Source: Candidatus Iainarchaeum sp.
Lineage (GTDB): Archaea; Iainarchaeota; Iainarchaeia; Iainarchaeales; UBA10219
Direction: 5' to 3'
NCBI GenBank assembly: GCA_018304425.1
Contig: JAGVWE010000006.1
Span: 3,175 to 67,174, forward strand
Length of the DNA stretch: 64,000 bases
Shown: positions 18,339-27,448 of the stretch, in pieces
Numbering within the stretch: the stretch's first letter is position 1
Layout: the number at the start of each line of letters is the position of its first letter
The notes under the pieces: model-generated
What the model saw: the letters and a program-made list of their open reading frames with translations, nothing else
Told to the model about the DNA's origin: nothing
Database searches by the model: none
Program-made: the position numbers and the translations under genes

Positions 18339-19619
18339 ATGTCCGCCTTCAACCGGAGGGAATGGCAAGCAATTACGGTAATCCTGGTGCTGGCGCTGAC
18401 TTTACGGGTTTTCACCGCCTGGCCGGACGCCCCCATCCCAAACCAGGCACAGATATTCCGCGGTTTTGACGAGACCTCCGTGTTCGAGTACATCGAGCAC
18501 TTCGTCCTTGAAAAAAGGCAGTTGCTCAACTACCCTTACCTCCAACAACCCCTGGGCCGGTATCACTGGTGGGCGGATGCCGGCCAGCCGCCCCTGTACT
18601 TTTTTCTGATGGCCTTGTTTGCGCAGGCCCTCTGCTGCATGGATGCCAACGGCTGGGTGCTGGCCCTGCACCTCCCAACCCTCGCTTTTTCGGTGCTGAC
18701 CGTATTCCTGGTCATGCACATCGCCAGACAGGTGTTCCCGAAACCCGGGTGGCTGGCGCTTGCGGCCGGCCTGTATGCGGCCCTGCAACCGACAAGGATA
18801 TTCTTGACCTCCAACCTCCACAACATTGGGCTGGCCTACTTCCTGGTAACGGTCTTCGTTTACTTCCTCGTCAAAAGACAAAAGCCCTTGACGCCCAGGG
18901 ACTTGTTCATCACCGGCCTCCTCATGGGCCTAGGAATCTGGACCCGCTACACGACGCTGGTAACGGTGCCATTTGCCGCCCTGTGGTTCTACCTCAACCG
19001 GCAAAGGCTGGGAAACTGGAAGAGAAACCTGGCACTGGCCTTGGGCGTGGCGTTGGTGGTGGCGTTGCCGCATTTCCTTTCCAACCTGGCGGTGTATGGC
19101 AAGCCGCTGTCCGCAGGCACGGCCGTTGCATTGACCGACTACCAGAAGCCTTCGCCTGGCTTGCCTACCTTGGAGGAATTTAAAACCATTCTCCCCGCCT
19201 TTTTCACGAGTTTCTGGTACCATAATCACCCCGCCACCGCCCTGTCCGAATACCCGGTGTATGCGGGGCTGCTGGTGTTTACCCTGCTTGCCCTTGCCGG
19301 CCTGGCCAAATACGTCCAGGAGCGGAAGGCCCTGGGGGCCCTGCCGTGGAACTTCTTCGTCAGCAGCCTGGCCATGTGCGGCGCCATCTTGTTGGTGTTG
19401 TTTCATGCGCTGATGACGACCTACTTCAACGCCGAAGGCCGGAGGCTGCTCAACGCCGTGCCCTCCGTAAGCATCTTCTTTCCCCTGGGGTTGTACTGGC
19501 TCGGCAAGGAGAAAAAGGTGGCTGGCTGGGACCTGGGGCTGCTGCTGGTGGCGGGATTGCTGCTGGTCATGGCCTACTTCAACTGGCAGACGTTTTTCGA
19601 CCCGGGCTTCGTCAAATAG
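18339..19619 (+). CDS. GT-C membrane glycosyltransferase (ArnT/PMT-like)
   Basis: Polytopic protein. First-loop DE (GFDE), QPPLYF, GIWTRY, NLAVYG, EGRRL. Confidence 0.8.
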   Translation: MSAFNRREWQAITVILVLALTLRVFTAWPDAPIPNQAQIFRGFDETSVFEYIEHFVLEKRQLLNYPYLQQPLGRYHWWADAGQPPLYFFLMALFAQALCCMDANGWVLALHLPTLAFSVLTVFLVMHIARQVFPKPGWLALAAGLYAALQPTRIFLTSNLHNIGLAYFLVTVFVYFLVKRQKPLTPRDLFITGLLMGLGIWTRYTTLVTVPFAALWFYLNRQRLGNWKRNLALALGVALVVALPHFLSNLAVYGKPLSAGTAVALTDYQKPSPGLPTLEEFKTILPAFFTSFWYHNHPATALSEYPVYAGLLVFTLLALAGLAKYVQERKALGALPWNFFVSSLAMCGAILLVLFHALMTTYFNAEGRRLLNAVPSVSIFFPLGLYWLGKEKKVAGWDLGLLLVAGLLLVMAYFNWQTFFDPGFVK

Positions 19620-19620
19620 G

Positions 19621-19689
19621 TTTGACGGGGGCCAGCGCGTGAAGGAACTGGTGGCGGTTTACGAGCAGGCTGCCCACCGCATTAGTTAG
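19621..19689 (+). pseudogene. orphan 3' fragment of a GT4 gene (right copy of the direct repeat)
   Basis: Translates FDGGQRVKELVAVYEQAAHRIS*, compared with FDWGQRVKELEAVYQQAVKR* at 9472-9534. No start codon. Confidence 0.8.
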
Positions 19690-19704
19690 ACGGAAACGTA
19701 TAAC

Positions 19705-19739
19705 TTTAAATAGGGCTTTGTGCATAGTATATAGGGCTT
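19705..19739 (+). promoter_or_regulatory. TATA box with a direct repeat before the AbrB gene
   Basis: TTTAAATA at 19705. ATAGGGCTT at 19710 and 19731 (21-nt period). Confidence 0.5.
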
Positions 19740-19741
19740 AC

Positions 19742-19948
19742 ATGGTATCCGTTGAAGTCACCGTGAAAAAGTGGGGGAACTCCCTTGGACTCATAATCCC
19801 CAGGGAAGCCTCTAAAAAGCTTGAATTGCGGGAAGGCAAGCGTGTGCGGGTCGAGTTGACGAGCGCTAAATTCGTGGATGCGTTCGGGTTATGCCGGGGA
19901 CTCAAGCCCTTCAAAAAAGAGGAATTGATAAGGGAACCCTATAGGTGA
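19742..19948 (+). CDS. AbrB/MazE-type antitoxin (VapB-like)
   Basis: VKKWGNSLGLIIP...LELREG is the AbrB/SpoVT signature. Confidence 0.92.
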   Translation: MVSVEVTVKKWGNSLGLIIPREASKKLELREGKRVRVELTSAKFVDAFGLCRGLKPFKKEELIREPYR

Positions 19949-20336
19949 GAAGCTGGATTACGTCATAGATACGAGCGCGTGGGTAGAATATCTGCTTGGT
20001 ACTTCGCGGGGGGGAAAAGTCAAGCACCTCTTGGAAACGCCAGGCAACCGATTTTTCACAATGGATTGCTGTGTGGCGGAAGTCTATGCATGGGCTAAAC
20101 GCCAAGGGGCTGATTTTGGAGAATTGCTGCGTGCCATTAAGTCGGATAGCTCAATCATTCAAGCAGATTTAAATGATTGGATTGAGGCAGCCGACCTCCG
20201 GGACGAGTTGCGGAAGGGAGGCGGAAAAACCAGCCTGATGGATGCAGTCCAAGTAATCATGGCAAGGCGATTAGGGGCCCGGAACCTCTCCGCCGACTAC
20301 GACTTCAAGCAAGTCAAGAAAGCCAAACTCATTTAA
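19941..20336 (+). CDS. PIN-domain toxin (VapC-like); no canonical start, ATA 19941 is the candidate
   Basis: In-frame YVIDTSAWVEYL lies upstream of the ORF-track start. Also VAEV, SLMDA, SADYDF. In-frame stops at 19926 and 19929. Confidence 0.8.
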   Translation: MGEKLDYVIDTSAWVEYLLGTSRGGKVKHLLETPGNRFFTMDCCVAEVYAWAKRQGADFGELLRAIKSDSSIIQADLNDWIEAADLRDELRKGGGKTSLMDAVQVIMARRLGARNLSADYDFKQVKKAKLI

Positions 20337-20401
20337 CCTCGATGTGGCACCGGAAATGAGGCCTCGAAGCGTTTTTATTGGGTTCCTGCCCAATTGATTG
20401 C

Positions 20402-21022
20402 ATGGAGTTCGAGTTCAAGGGCAACCGGTTGAAGTTCGACAAGGAACTGTCCAACCTTGACAAGCTGGTCTTAAAGTTCGTGAAGGTGCTGGACGCCCAG
20501 CACGTGGACTACGTCATCATCTCCGGCTACATCGCTATACTGTTCGGCCGCAGCCGCAACACGGAAGACGTGGACTTGTTCGTAGAGGAGATGCCCAAGG
20601 AACAATTCATCCTGTTGTGGAATGCCTTGGGCGAGGCCGGTTTCGAGTGCATCAACGCTGGGGCTGCTGAGAGCGCTTATGAGGAGTACCTAAAAGACCA
20701 GCTCGCCATCCGGTTCGCGGTCCTGGGGACGATCGAGCCTAATTTCGAACTTAAATTCCCGAAAACCAAGTATAACCGCTATTCGCTGAAAAACAAGCTT
20801 TTTGTCGAACTGAATGGTGAAGAATTGCGCACTTCGGAACTGGAGCTGCAAATCGCGTTCAAGCTCTATCTGGGAGCGGACAAGGATTTGGAGGATGCAC
20901 GGCATCTTTACAAGGTCTTTAAAGAACATCTAAACATAGGTTTAATGCAGGCCCACATCCAGGCGTTGGGCGTGGCAAAGCAAGCCGAGCGGATATTATG
21001 GAAAGACAAATACCAAAGCTGA
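20402..21022 (+). CDS. nucleotidyltransferase (DUF6036/AbiEii-like)
   Basis: YVIISGYIAILFGRSRNTEDVDL, QIAFKL, KDLEDARHL. Confidence 0.82.
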   Translation: MEFEFKGNRLKFDKELSNLDKLVLKFVKVLDAQHVDYVIISGYIAILFGRSRNTEDVDLFVEEMPKEQFILLWNALGEAGFECINAGAAESAYEEYLKDQLAIRFAVLGTIEPNFELKFPKTKYNRYSLKNKLFVELNGEELRTSELELQIAFKLYLGADKDLEDARHLYKVFKEHLNIGLMQAHIQALGVAKQAERILWKDKYQS

Positions 21023-21168
21023 CCCCGAAGGACCGCCTGGAGATGGCGAAAGAGAAGCAGCGCAACATGCGACAGCGGATGGAATTCGTCGACCTGCACG
21101 CGGAATGGCTCCGGAAGACCCCCAACAAGGTGTGGAGCAAACAGCAGAAGGTCCTGCTGGACCCGTGA
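20998..21168 (+). CDS. small 56-aa helical protein, probable partner of the nucleotidyltransferase (not in ORF track)
   Basis: ATG 20998 overlaps the upstream gene: MERQIPKLTPKDRLEMAKEKQRNMRQRMEFVDLHAEWLRKTPNKVWSKQQKVLLDP*. Codon usage is typical. Confidence 0.7.
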   Translation: MERQIPKLTPKDRLEMAKEKQRNMRQRMEFVDLHAEWLRKTPNKVWSKQQKVLLDP

Positions 21169-21234
21169 AAGCCGCTTTGCGAAGATTTTAAACGCTTTCC
21201 AAGGTAAATTCATTGCTGATTGGAGGATTGGAAC

Positions 21235-22119
21235 GTGAAGAAACCGTTGAAGGGAACCTGGAAGTTGAAGGAGGGCCTGGCCCAGATGCTGAAGGGCGGC
21301 ACCATCATGGACGTCGTGAACGCCGAGCAGGCGCGCATCGCCGAGAAGGCGGGAGCCTGCGCGGTCATGGCGCTTGAAAGGGTTCCGGCAGACATTCGCG
21401 CGGCCGGCGGGGTGGCGCGGATGGCCGACCCCAAGAAAATCAGGGAAATCATCCAGGCCGTGAGCATCCCAGTCATGGCCAAGTGCCGGATCGGGCATTT
21501 CGTCGAGGCCCAGGTGTTGCAGGAACTCGGCGTTGACTTCATCGACGAGTCGGAAGTGCTGACGCCGGCCGACGAGGCCCATCACGTGGACAAAAAGCGG
21601 TTTACCGTGCCCTTTGTCTGCGGGGCCCGAAATCTGGGGGAAGCCCTGCGGCGCATGAACGAGGGCGCGGCCATGATTCGAAGCAAGGGCGAGGCCGGCA
21701 CCGGCAACGTCGTGGAAGCGGTGCGGCACGTGCGCGCGATCAACGAGCAGGTTGACTTGTTGAAGCACATGGGCCTGCACCAGTTGGAAGAGCTGGCGCG
21801 GAATTACCGGGTGCCCCTGGAACTGGTGGAAAGGACGCGGGAAGCCGGGAGGCTGCTGGTCGTGAACTTTGCGGCCGGAGGCATCGCGACTCCCTCGGAT
21901 GCCGCGTTGATGATGCAACTGGGGTGCGACGGAGTTTTCGTGGGTTCGGGGATTTTCAAGGCCAAAAACCCCCAGAAGATGGCGAAGGCCATCGTGCTGG
22001 CAGTAACCCACTACAAGGACGCCAAGGTCTTGGCGAGGGTCTCCGAGGGCTTGGGCGAGGCCATGAAGGGCCAGGAGATTTCCAAGCTCGATGTGCGGCT
22101 GCAGGAACGAGGCTGGTAG
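21235..22119 (+). CDS. pdxS: pyridoxal 5'-phosphate synthase, lyase subunit
   Basis: [69 protein letters not shown] before GTG 21235. Confidence 0.97.
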   Translation: MKKPLKGTWKLKEGLAQMLKGGTIMDVVNAEQARIAEKAGACAVMALERVPADIRAAGGVARMADPKKIREIIQAVSIPVMAKCRIGHFVEAQVLQELGVDFIDESEVLTPADEAHHVDKKRFTVPFVCGARNLGEALRRMNEGAAMIRSKGEAGTGNVVEAVRHVRAINEQVDLLKHMGLHQLEELARNYRVPLELVERTREAGRLLVVNFAAGGIATPSDAALMMQLGCDGVFVGSGIFKAKNPQKMAKAIVLAVTHYKDAKVLARVSEGLGEAMKGQEISKLDVRLQERGW

Positions 22120-22120
22120 C

Positions 22121-22711
22121 GTGAAGCGCGTCGGCGTGCTGGCGCTCCAGGGCGATTTCTTTGAGCACCTGCAAACCCTGAAGAAGCTGGGCGTCGAAGC
22201 CGCCGAGGTGCGGAACCAGGAGGACCTGGCGCAGGTGCAGGGCCTGGTCATTCCGGGCGGGGAGAGCACGACCATGTCCCAGTTGCTGGCCGAAACCGGG
22301 CTGGACCAGGCCATTCGCGCGCGCGCCAAGCAGGGCATGGCCGTGTACGGCACCTGTGCAGGCGCCATCTTGTTGGCGAAAAAGGTGTTGAACGACGGCG
22401 GGGTCAAGGGCCTGGGGCTCATGGACATTTCCGTGGAGCGGAACGCCTACGGCCGGCAAGTGGACTCCTTTGAAGCGGAACTGGAAGCCAACGGCCTGGG
22501 CAAGCTGAAGGGGGTTTTCATCCGCGCGCCGGTCATCCAGTCGGTGGGCAGGGGCGTGGAAGTGCTGGCCTCCCTGGACGGGAAGCCGGTGCTGGTGCGG
22601 CAGGGAAATTTGCTGGCGGGAACGTTCCACCCGGAAATTGAGGGCGAGGCCCGCGTGCACCAGTGGTTCGTTGAACGGTTAAAAGCTGAATCAACCAAAC
22701 ATAGGTTTTAA
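22121..22711 (+). CDS. pdxT: PLP synthase, glutaminase subunit
   Basis: GVLALQGDF, PGGESTT, GTCAG, RNAYGRQVDSFE, FIRAP, FHPE. Confidence 0.97.
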   Translation: MKRVGVLALQGDFFEHLQTLKKLGVEAAEVRNQEDLAQVQGLVIPGGESTTMSQLLAETGLDQAIRARAKQGMAVYGTCAGAILLAKKVLNDGGVKGLGLMDISVERNAYGRQVDSFEAELEANGLGKLKGVFIRAPVIQSVGRGVEVLASLDGKPVLVRQGNLLAGTFHPEIEGEARVHQWFVERLKAESTKHRF

Positions 22712-22743
22712 CCTAATTGGGGGGAATCCACGCCCCCACGCAA

Positions 22744-22776
22744 GTTTCGAATTCTATCGAAACATATTTAAATATG
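22744..22776. promoter_or_regulatory. double-palindrome operator/TATA of the wHTH-nucleotidyltransferase operon
   Basis: GTTTCGA-N6-TCGAAAC (22744-22763) abuts the perfect palindrome CATATTTAAATATG (22763-22776), which contains TTTAAATA. Confidence 0.7.
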
Positions 22777-22795
22777 GTGAGATACAAATAGAAAC

Positions 22796-23380
22796 ATGTT
22801 GGAGCGTGACTTGGTTTACCTGGAACTGCTTTCCCAGCCGAGGGGCACGAGACTGACTCAGTTGGGGCTCTCCAAGGCATTGGGGGTTTCGCTGAGCACG
22901 GTGAACAACGCCTTGAAGCCGTTGCGCAAGATGGGGGCCGTGACCATCCGGCCGCGCAGCCTGGAAGTCAGCGACTCCGAGCGCGTGCTCCTCCACTTCG
23001 GCTCCTGCAGGGACCCTGCCAAAGACCTCCGGTACCAGACCCGCGTAGAAGCAGGGCCCATGGAAACCGAACGCTCGATGCCTTCTGGCGTCGCATTCAC
23101 GGCTTACTCGGGTTACCGGCTGCGATTCAGGGAAGCGCCGGCCGACTATGGAGAGGTCCTGGTTTATGCAGACGAGAAAACGTTGGAGGAAATCAGGCGC
23201 CGGTTCCCGGAAAAGAGGGGGCCGCCAAATGTCTTCGCTTTCTTGGCAGACAAACGCCTCCTGGCACGGTGCACGGATAGCGTCGTGCCGGACGCGTTGC
23301 TGTTCGCGGACCTCTGGAACCAGCGGGAATGGTATGCCCGTGAATTCCTGAACGCGCTCAAAAAGAGGCTGGCACCGTGA
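22796..23380 (+). CDS. winged-HTH protein, AbiEi-like antitoxin candidate
   Basis: TQLGLSKALGVSLSTVNNALKPLRKMGAV HTH. C-terminal FTAYSG...VLVY...LFADLW. Confidence 0.8.
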   Translation: MLERDLVYLELLSQPRGTRLTQLGLSKALGVSLSTVNNALKPLRKMGAVTIRPRSLEVSDSERVLLHFGSCRDPAKDLRYQTRVEAGPMETERSMPSGVAFTAYSGYRLRFREAPADYGEVLVYADEKTLEEIRRRFPEKRGPPNVFAFLADKRLLARCTDSVVPDALLFADLWNQREWYAREFLNALKKRLAP

Positions 23381-24018
23381 AAGAGTTTTGGCCAGAAATC
23401 GTCACGAAGGCAAGCTGGGAGGAACTCCAGCGCCTGGCGAAGGAAATGGACTTCGTGCTCATTGGCGGCTGGGCTGCCTACTTGTGGACGGACCAACACA
23501 AGTCCAGGGACATCGACCTCATCGTAAGCCATGAAATGCTTGCCCGCCTCAAGGAGCGATATGAGTTGGTGAAAAACGCGCGCCTCAAGAAATACGAGAT
23601 AAAGCGCGGCGAATTCGATGTCGATGTGTACGTGCCCTTCTTCTCCCCCCTCGTGGTTCCCCCCGAAGACATTCTGGCGCGGCACCATACGCGCATCCGG
23701 GGCATCCAAGTCGTTTCCCTGGAAGCCCTCCTGGTCCTCAAGCAGGCCGCTTACCTCGACCGCCGGGGCAGCATCAAGGGAAAAAAGGACGAAATCGACC
23801 TCTTGACGCTCCTCTTATATGCTTCGCCTGATTGGACGCGTTACCTGGGCCTCCTCAAAGAATATGGCAAGCAGTCCTACGCGGAAAGCCTCCTCCAAAC
23901 CGTCAGGGAAGCCCATGCCGAGGACTTGGACTACTTGGGAATCCCGTTCAAGGACTTCAAGGCATGGCAGAAAAGGACGGTCAAGGAGTTGGCTGCCCGG
24001 TTCTCGCGACGCGGCTGA
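23377..24018 (+). CDS. nucleotidyltransferase, AbiEii-like toxin candidate
   Basis: GTGA overlap with the HTH gene. FVLIGGWAAY...KSRDIDL, LLVLK, KGKKDEID. Confidence 0.82.
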   Translation: MKEFWPEIVTKASWEELQRLAKEMDFVLIGGWAAYLWTDQHKSRDIDLIVSHEMLARLKERYELVKNARLKKYEIKRGEFDVDVYVPFFSPLVVPPEDILARHHTRIRGIQVVSLEALLVLKQAAYLDRRGSIKGKKDEIDLLTLLLYASPDWTRYLGLLKEYGKQSYAESLLQTVREAHAEDLDYLGIPFKDFKAWQKRTVKELAARFSRRG

Positions 24019-24037
24019 TGCGTCCATTCTTTGCAGT

Positions 24038-24868
24038 TCACTTTGAGCAGGCCGCATAGCCCGGCAGTCTCGTCACTTCTTCCATGGCCTTGACGGGTTC
24101 CACCGTGAACGCCCCGCCGAAGTCGTGCTTGCAGTAGCTGTGACAGGTTTCCGGGAACTGGCAGGAGTCGGTGGAGGCTGGGAGGCCGTCCTCGCATGGC
24201 GCGTTCGAACGGCACCGCACGAAGCAGGTGAGTTGCCATTCCGGCACGCCCAGGGGGGTCTTGCAGGGCTTGAAACCGGCAGGCCGTTCCTTCATCCGTC
24301 CTTCGAGGTAGTAGGTTTTGCCGGCTTCGAGGGAAAGCGGTTGCCCGGCCGGGGTCTGGAAGTGGTTTTGGTCCTGGGCGTAGGAGCCGAGCAGGCGATG
24401 GGCTTCGTCCGCAAGGGAGAAGTCATACCAGCCGGCGAGGCTCCAGAAGCGGCTGGCCTGGCCTTTTTGGTAGACGCCTTTGACGAGGGGCTCGGAGGGG
24501 ATACCCGTTTTCCGGGGTTGGAAGCGGAGGGAGTACTCTTTTTCGAAGTTCATGGTTTCGTTGCAGGCTTCACCGGTTTCGATGGGAAGGGTTAAGGCGA
24601 GGGCTTGGAAGGAGGCATCGTTGAGGCCTGGGCAGGCGGGGTTGCCGGAGAGGCCTTGGAGGGAGTCAGAGAAGTGCAGGGGCTTGTCGAGGGAGTAGAG
24701 GAACCAGGCGTGGGAGGCCAGGGCGGCCAGCAAGAGGAGGGGAACCGCGAGGGCCAGGGCTTTGAGGAACCTTCGGCGGTTTTGGTGGATTAAGTCGAGG
24801 GGAATCGTGAGCACGGCGAACAGCAAGGCGTAGACGAGGAGGGTTTTGAGGAGTTCGGGGAGCGGCAT
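24038..24868 (-). CDS. membrane-anchored Cys-rich extracellular protein (paralog family member 2)
   Basis: Start reassigned to ATG 24868 (GGAGG RBS). Two TM segments, FEKEYS, ERPAG, TDSCQFPETCHSYCK. Confidence 0.8.
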   Translation of the reverse strand: MPLPELLKTLLVYALLFAVLTIPLDLIHQNRRRFLKALALAVPLLLLAALASHAWFLYSLDKPLHFSDSLQGLSGNPACPGLNDASFQALALTLPIETGEACNETMNFEKEYSLRFQPRKTGIPSEPLVKGVYQKGQASRFWSLAGWYDFSLADEAHRLLGSYAQDQNHFQTPAGQPLSLEAGKTYYLEGRMKERPAGFKPCKTPLGVPEWQLTCFVRCRSNAPCEDGLPASTDSCQFPETCHSYCKHDFGGAFTVEPVKAMEEVTRLPGYAACSK

Positions 24869-24869
24869 G

Positions 24870-26552
24870 TCAGTTGCCTCCCGTTGGCTGGATGAATTCG
24901 TAGAGCGAGGCGTCCAAGCCCAAGTCCGTGTAGGACGCGCGCAGCTGGAACGACGCGGGGTTGGAGCGCGCATAGTCGCGGATGGCCGTGACCTCGTTCC
25001 AGGAACCATTGTAGGCGAGGACGTAGAGGGGCTTTCCCTCCAAGCGGTCCAAGTGCTTGACAAAGTCATCCAGGGGATAGGCCTTCACTTTTAGGGCGTG
25101 TTTCCGGTCGTAGGGCAGCAGGTAGGCGCCGAAGGAGGGCGCGTTGAAGTTGTCGCTGGTGGTGCCGAACACGATTTCGCTGCCGGGGGGGAGGTCGCGG
25201 GCGAGTTGCCGGGCAATGGAGTCCAGGGCCAGGTACTCCTTTTCATGGTCGATGAATGAACCCACCGTCCGGTTTTCGGGCCAGGGCAGGAACTGGAAGA
25301 CGTCAGGGAAAGCCGTGGAAAGCGTGAGCAACAGGACGAGGGCAAGCAGGAAGAGGTTCCGGTTCCCTGGATTCAGCCCCATTTTTTGGAGTCGCTTCAC
25401 GAGCCATTCGAACATCACGCCAGCCGAAATGGTGAGCAAGGCCAGGATGGAGAAAATGAACCGGATTTCCTTGTTGCGGACGAGCAGGAACGGAACGAAC
25501 AAGGCAAGCAACGCGAAGAGGAGGAACAGCCATCGCCGGGTCATCCTTTTCTCCCCTCCCATCAGATAGCGTCTGCGAATCAACAGCAGGCCCCCCAGGC
25601 TGAGCAGGAAAAGCGGGAGATTGAAGGAATTCAGGATGACGGAGGGATAGATTTCCCAGGCTTCCAGCCGGGTAATCGGCGGGTTGTAGTCCGTGTTGTA
25701 CGTGCCGCTTCGGAAGGTGAGCTGGTCCAGCACGGAATGCACGAGGAAGTCTCGTTGGGGCTCCGTGAGGGCGCCTGACGTGGCAAAGACGAGGAGGGCG
25801 GCAACGTACAAGAGGAAGGCGCAGAGGCCGGCCAGGGGCAAAAAGAATCTTTTGCGCTGGCGTCCGTCAAAGCCGCTGGACAGCAGGAGATAGCCGTATG
25901 CAACCGGAAAAAACAGCAACCCGATGTACTTGGTAGTGGAGGCGAGGAACGCGAGCACGGTGCAGGCCAGCAGGTTTTTGTCGAATTTCTTGCCGAACAG
26001 GGAAATGCGTTGATTGCATTTATGGGCTTTGAGGAAATAATAGAAGGCTGCCACCATGAAAAAGGCTACGGGCACATCCAATAGGGCTTTGCTGCCCACA
26101 ATCAAATAGGCTGGGACGAGGGACAAGAATACCGCGGCCGCAATTCCAACGGTTCGGTTGAAGAGCACCCAGCCCAGCTTGAAGACATAGTAGAGGAAGG
26201 CCACCGTGAAAAGGGCGGCCAACAACCGGACCGTGAAAAGGCTGGGGCCCAGTAACAAAAACGCGAGTGCGGAAATAAGGGGGTGCGCAAGGGGATAACT
26301 GAAGGCAGGCGCGATGTTTGGATAAGCGGCAAGGAATGCCGTGAAATAGTTGCCGAACCAGGAAGGCGAAAGGCTTTGCGGCAACTGGTGGAAGGCGTCC
26401 CGCGCGAGGTCGCTGAAGTAGAAGCCGGCCAGGGTGTGCGTGCCCTCATCCCAGGTCAGGGGAATGTTCAACCCCACGTACAACGAGAGCAGGGCGTAGC
26501 CGAGCAGGTAGAACTTGAACCAGTGCACGGGGTTTTTGGTCAAGGAAAGCAC
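24870..26552 (-). CDS. GT-C membrane glycosyltransferase (ArnT/PMT-like)
   Basis: LTWDEG first loop, YP, VRL, LDVP, TKY, NKEIRF, soluble C-terminal domain. Confidence 0.85.
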   Translation of the reverse strand: MLSLTKNPVHWFKFYLLGYALLSLYVGLNIPLTWDEGTHTLAGFYFSDLARDAFHQLPQSLSPSWFGNYFTAFLAAYPNIAPAFSYPLAHPLISALAFLLLGPSLFTVRLLAALFTVAFLYYVFKLGWVLFNRTVGIAAAVFLSLVPAYLIVGSKALLDVPVAFFMVAAFYYFLKAHKCNQRISLFGKKFDKNLLACTVLAFLASTTKYIGLLFFPVAYGYLLLSSGFDGRQRKRFFLPLAGLCAFLLYVAALLVFATSGALTEPQRDFLVHSVLDQLTFRSGTYNTDYNPPITRLEAWEIYPSVILNSFNLPLFLLSLGGLLLIRRRYLMGGEKRMTRRWLFLLFALLALFVPFLLVRNKEIRFIFSILALLTISAGVMFEWLVKRLQKMGLNPGNRNLFLLALVLLLTLSTAFPDVFQFLPWPENRTVGSFIDHEKEYLALDSIARQLARDLPPGSEIVFGTTSDNFNAPSFGAYLLPYDRKHALKVKAYPLDDFVKHLDRLEGKPLYVLAYNGSWNEVTAIRDYARSNPASFQLRASYTDLGLDASLYEFIQPTGGN

Positions 26553-27403
26553 TCCCGGTATTCGGGTGAGGCTTTGACGAGGGCTTCGGCTTGGGCTGGT
26601 CTCGTGGTGAACTTCGTGCCGGTATCGTTTTTGCAGTAGGAGTGGCAGGTGCCAGGATAGATGCAGGTATCCGTGGTGTACGGGTTGTCGTCATAGCAGT
26701 CCGGGGCCTGGCCGCAGAAAACAGCGCAGCCCAGGACCATCACGGGCTGGTTGTCTTGTCGGGGGCAGACTTTTACGCCGGAAGGCCTTTCAAGCATTTG
26801 CAGGGCAAGGGTGTAGGTCTCGTCTTTGGAGAGGAACACCGCATCCAAATTCTTTGCAGGGGATTCAAAGTAGCCGAGGCCATGGTTGAAGGTGCCCAAG
26901 AGGGTGCCGCTTGAATCGTAGAGGCGCGCGTCATAGGCGTAGCGGAGGCCGAACGCTTTTGCTTCCTGTCCACGCTGATAGGCTGCGATGGTGGCTGGCT
27001 CGCCGGCAAAACCGCTTCGGGCGATGCGGAGGGCAAACGAATAGGTTTTTTCGAAGTGGGCCAGGGCATCACAGTCGGTGCCGGTGCTTAGGCCCTGGGT
27101 GAGACCAAGCTGACCCTGGGGCATGCCTTTGGGGGATGGTTCAAGGGAGGGACAAAAGCCGGGCAAACCGGCCAGCGTATACAGGGGGTCCGGGTACTGC
27201 CGGAGCTTGACCGCATTCGCGTACAACCCCAGCAGCATAACCACCACGAGGAGAACGGCTGGCAGCCCGTATAAGAGGAGTTTGGGGCGCAGCCTTCGAT
27301 GTCTTTGGGCGAGAAAAAACATCGGTAAAAGGACTGCCAGCAAGAGGGCCACGAAAAGCAGTAACTCGATCAAGCAACCACGTGAAACGACAAACTGCAG
27401 CAC
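26540..27403 (-). CDS. membrane-anchored Cys-rich extracellular protein (paralog family member 3)
   Basis: Two TM segments, FEKTYS, YDARLYD, ERPSG, TDTCIYPGTCHSYCK. Exact start uncertain. Confidence 0.8.
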   Translation of the reverse strand: MLQFVVSRGCLIELLLFVALLLAVLLPMFFLAQRHRRLRPKLLLYGLPAVLLVVVMLLGLYANAVKLRQYPDPLYTLAGLPGFCPSLEPSPKGMPQGQLGLTQGLSTGTDCDALAHFEKTYSFALRIARSGFAGEPATIAAYQRGQEAKAFGLRYAYDARLYDSSGTLLGTFNHGLGYFESPAKNLDAVFLSKDETYTLALQMLERPSGVKVCPRQDNQPVMVLGCAVFCGQAPDCYDDNPYTTDTCIYPGTCHSYCKNDTGTKFTTRPAQAEALVKASPEYRECFP

Positions 27404-27448
27404 ATAAAGCCGGAAACTGTTTTAAAGGATTTGGTGGCTTTATCCGTC

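Noticed and set aside
20908-22428. Long antisense ORFs (506 aa here; also 2359..3669, 8401..9519, 60335..61690 and many shorter ones)
   Set aside because: They are shadows of well-supported genes in GC-rich DNA and have no motifs of their own.
24869-25069. N-terminal extension of the 24038 ORF
   Set aside because: It overlaps the GT-C gene in another frame. The RBS and ATG at 24868 give a start matching the paralogs.
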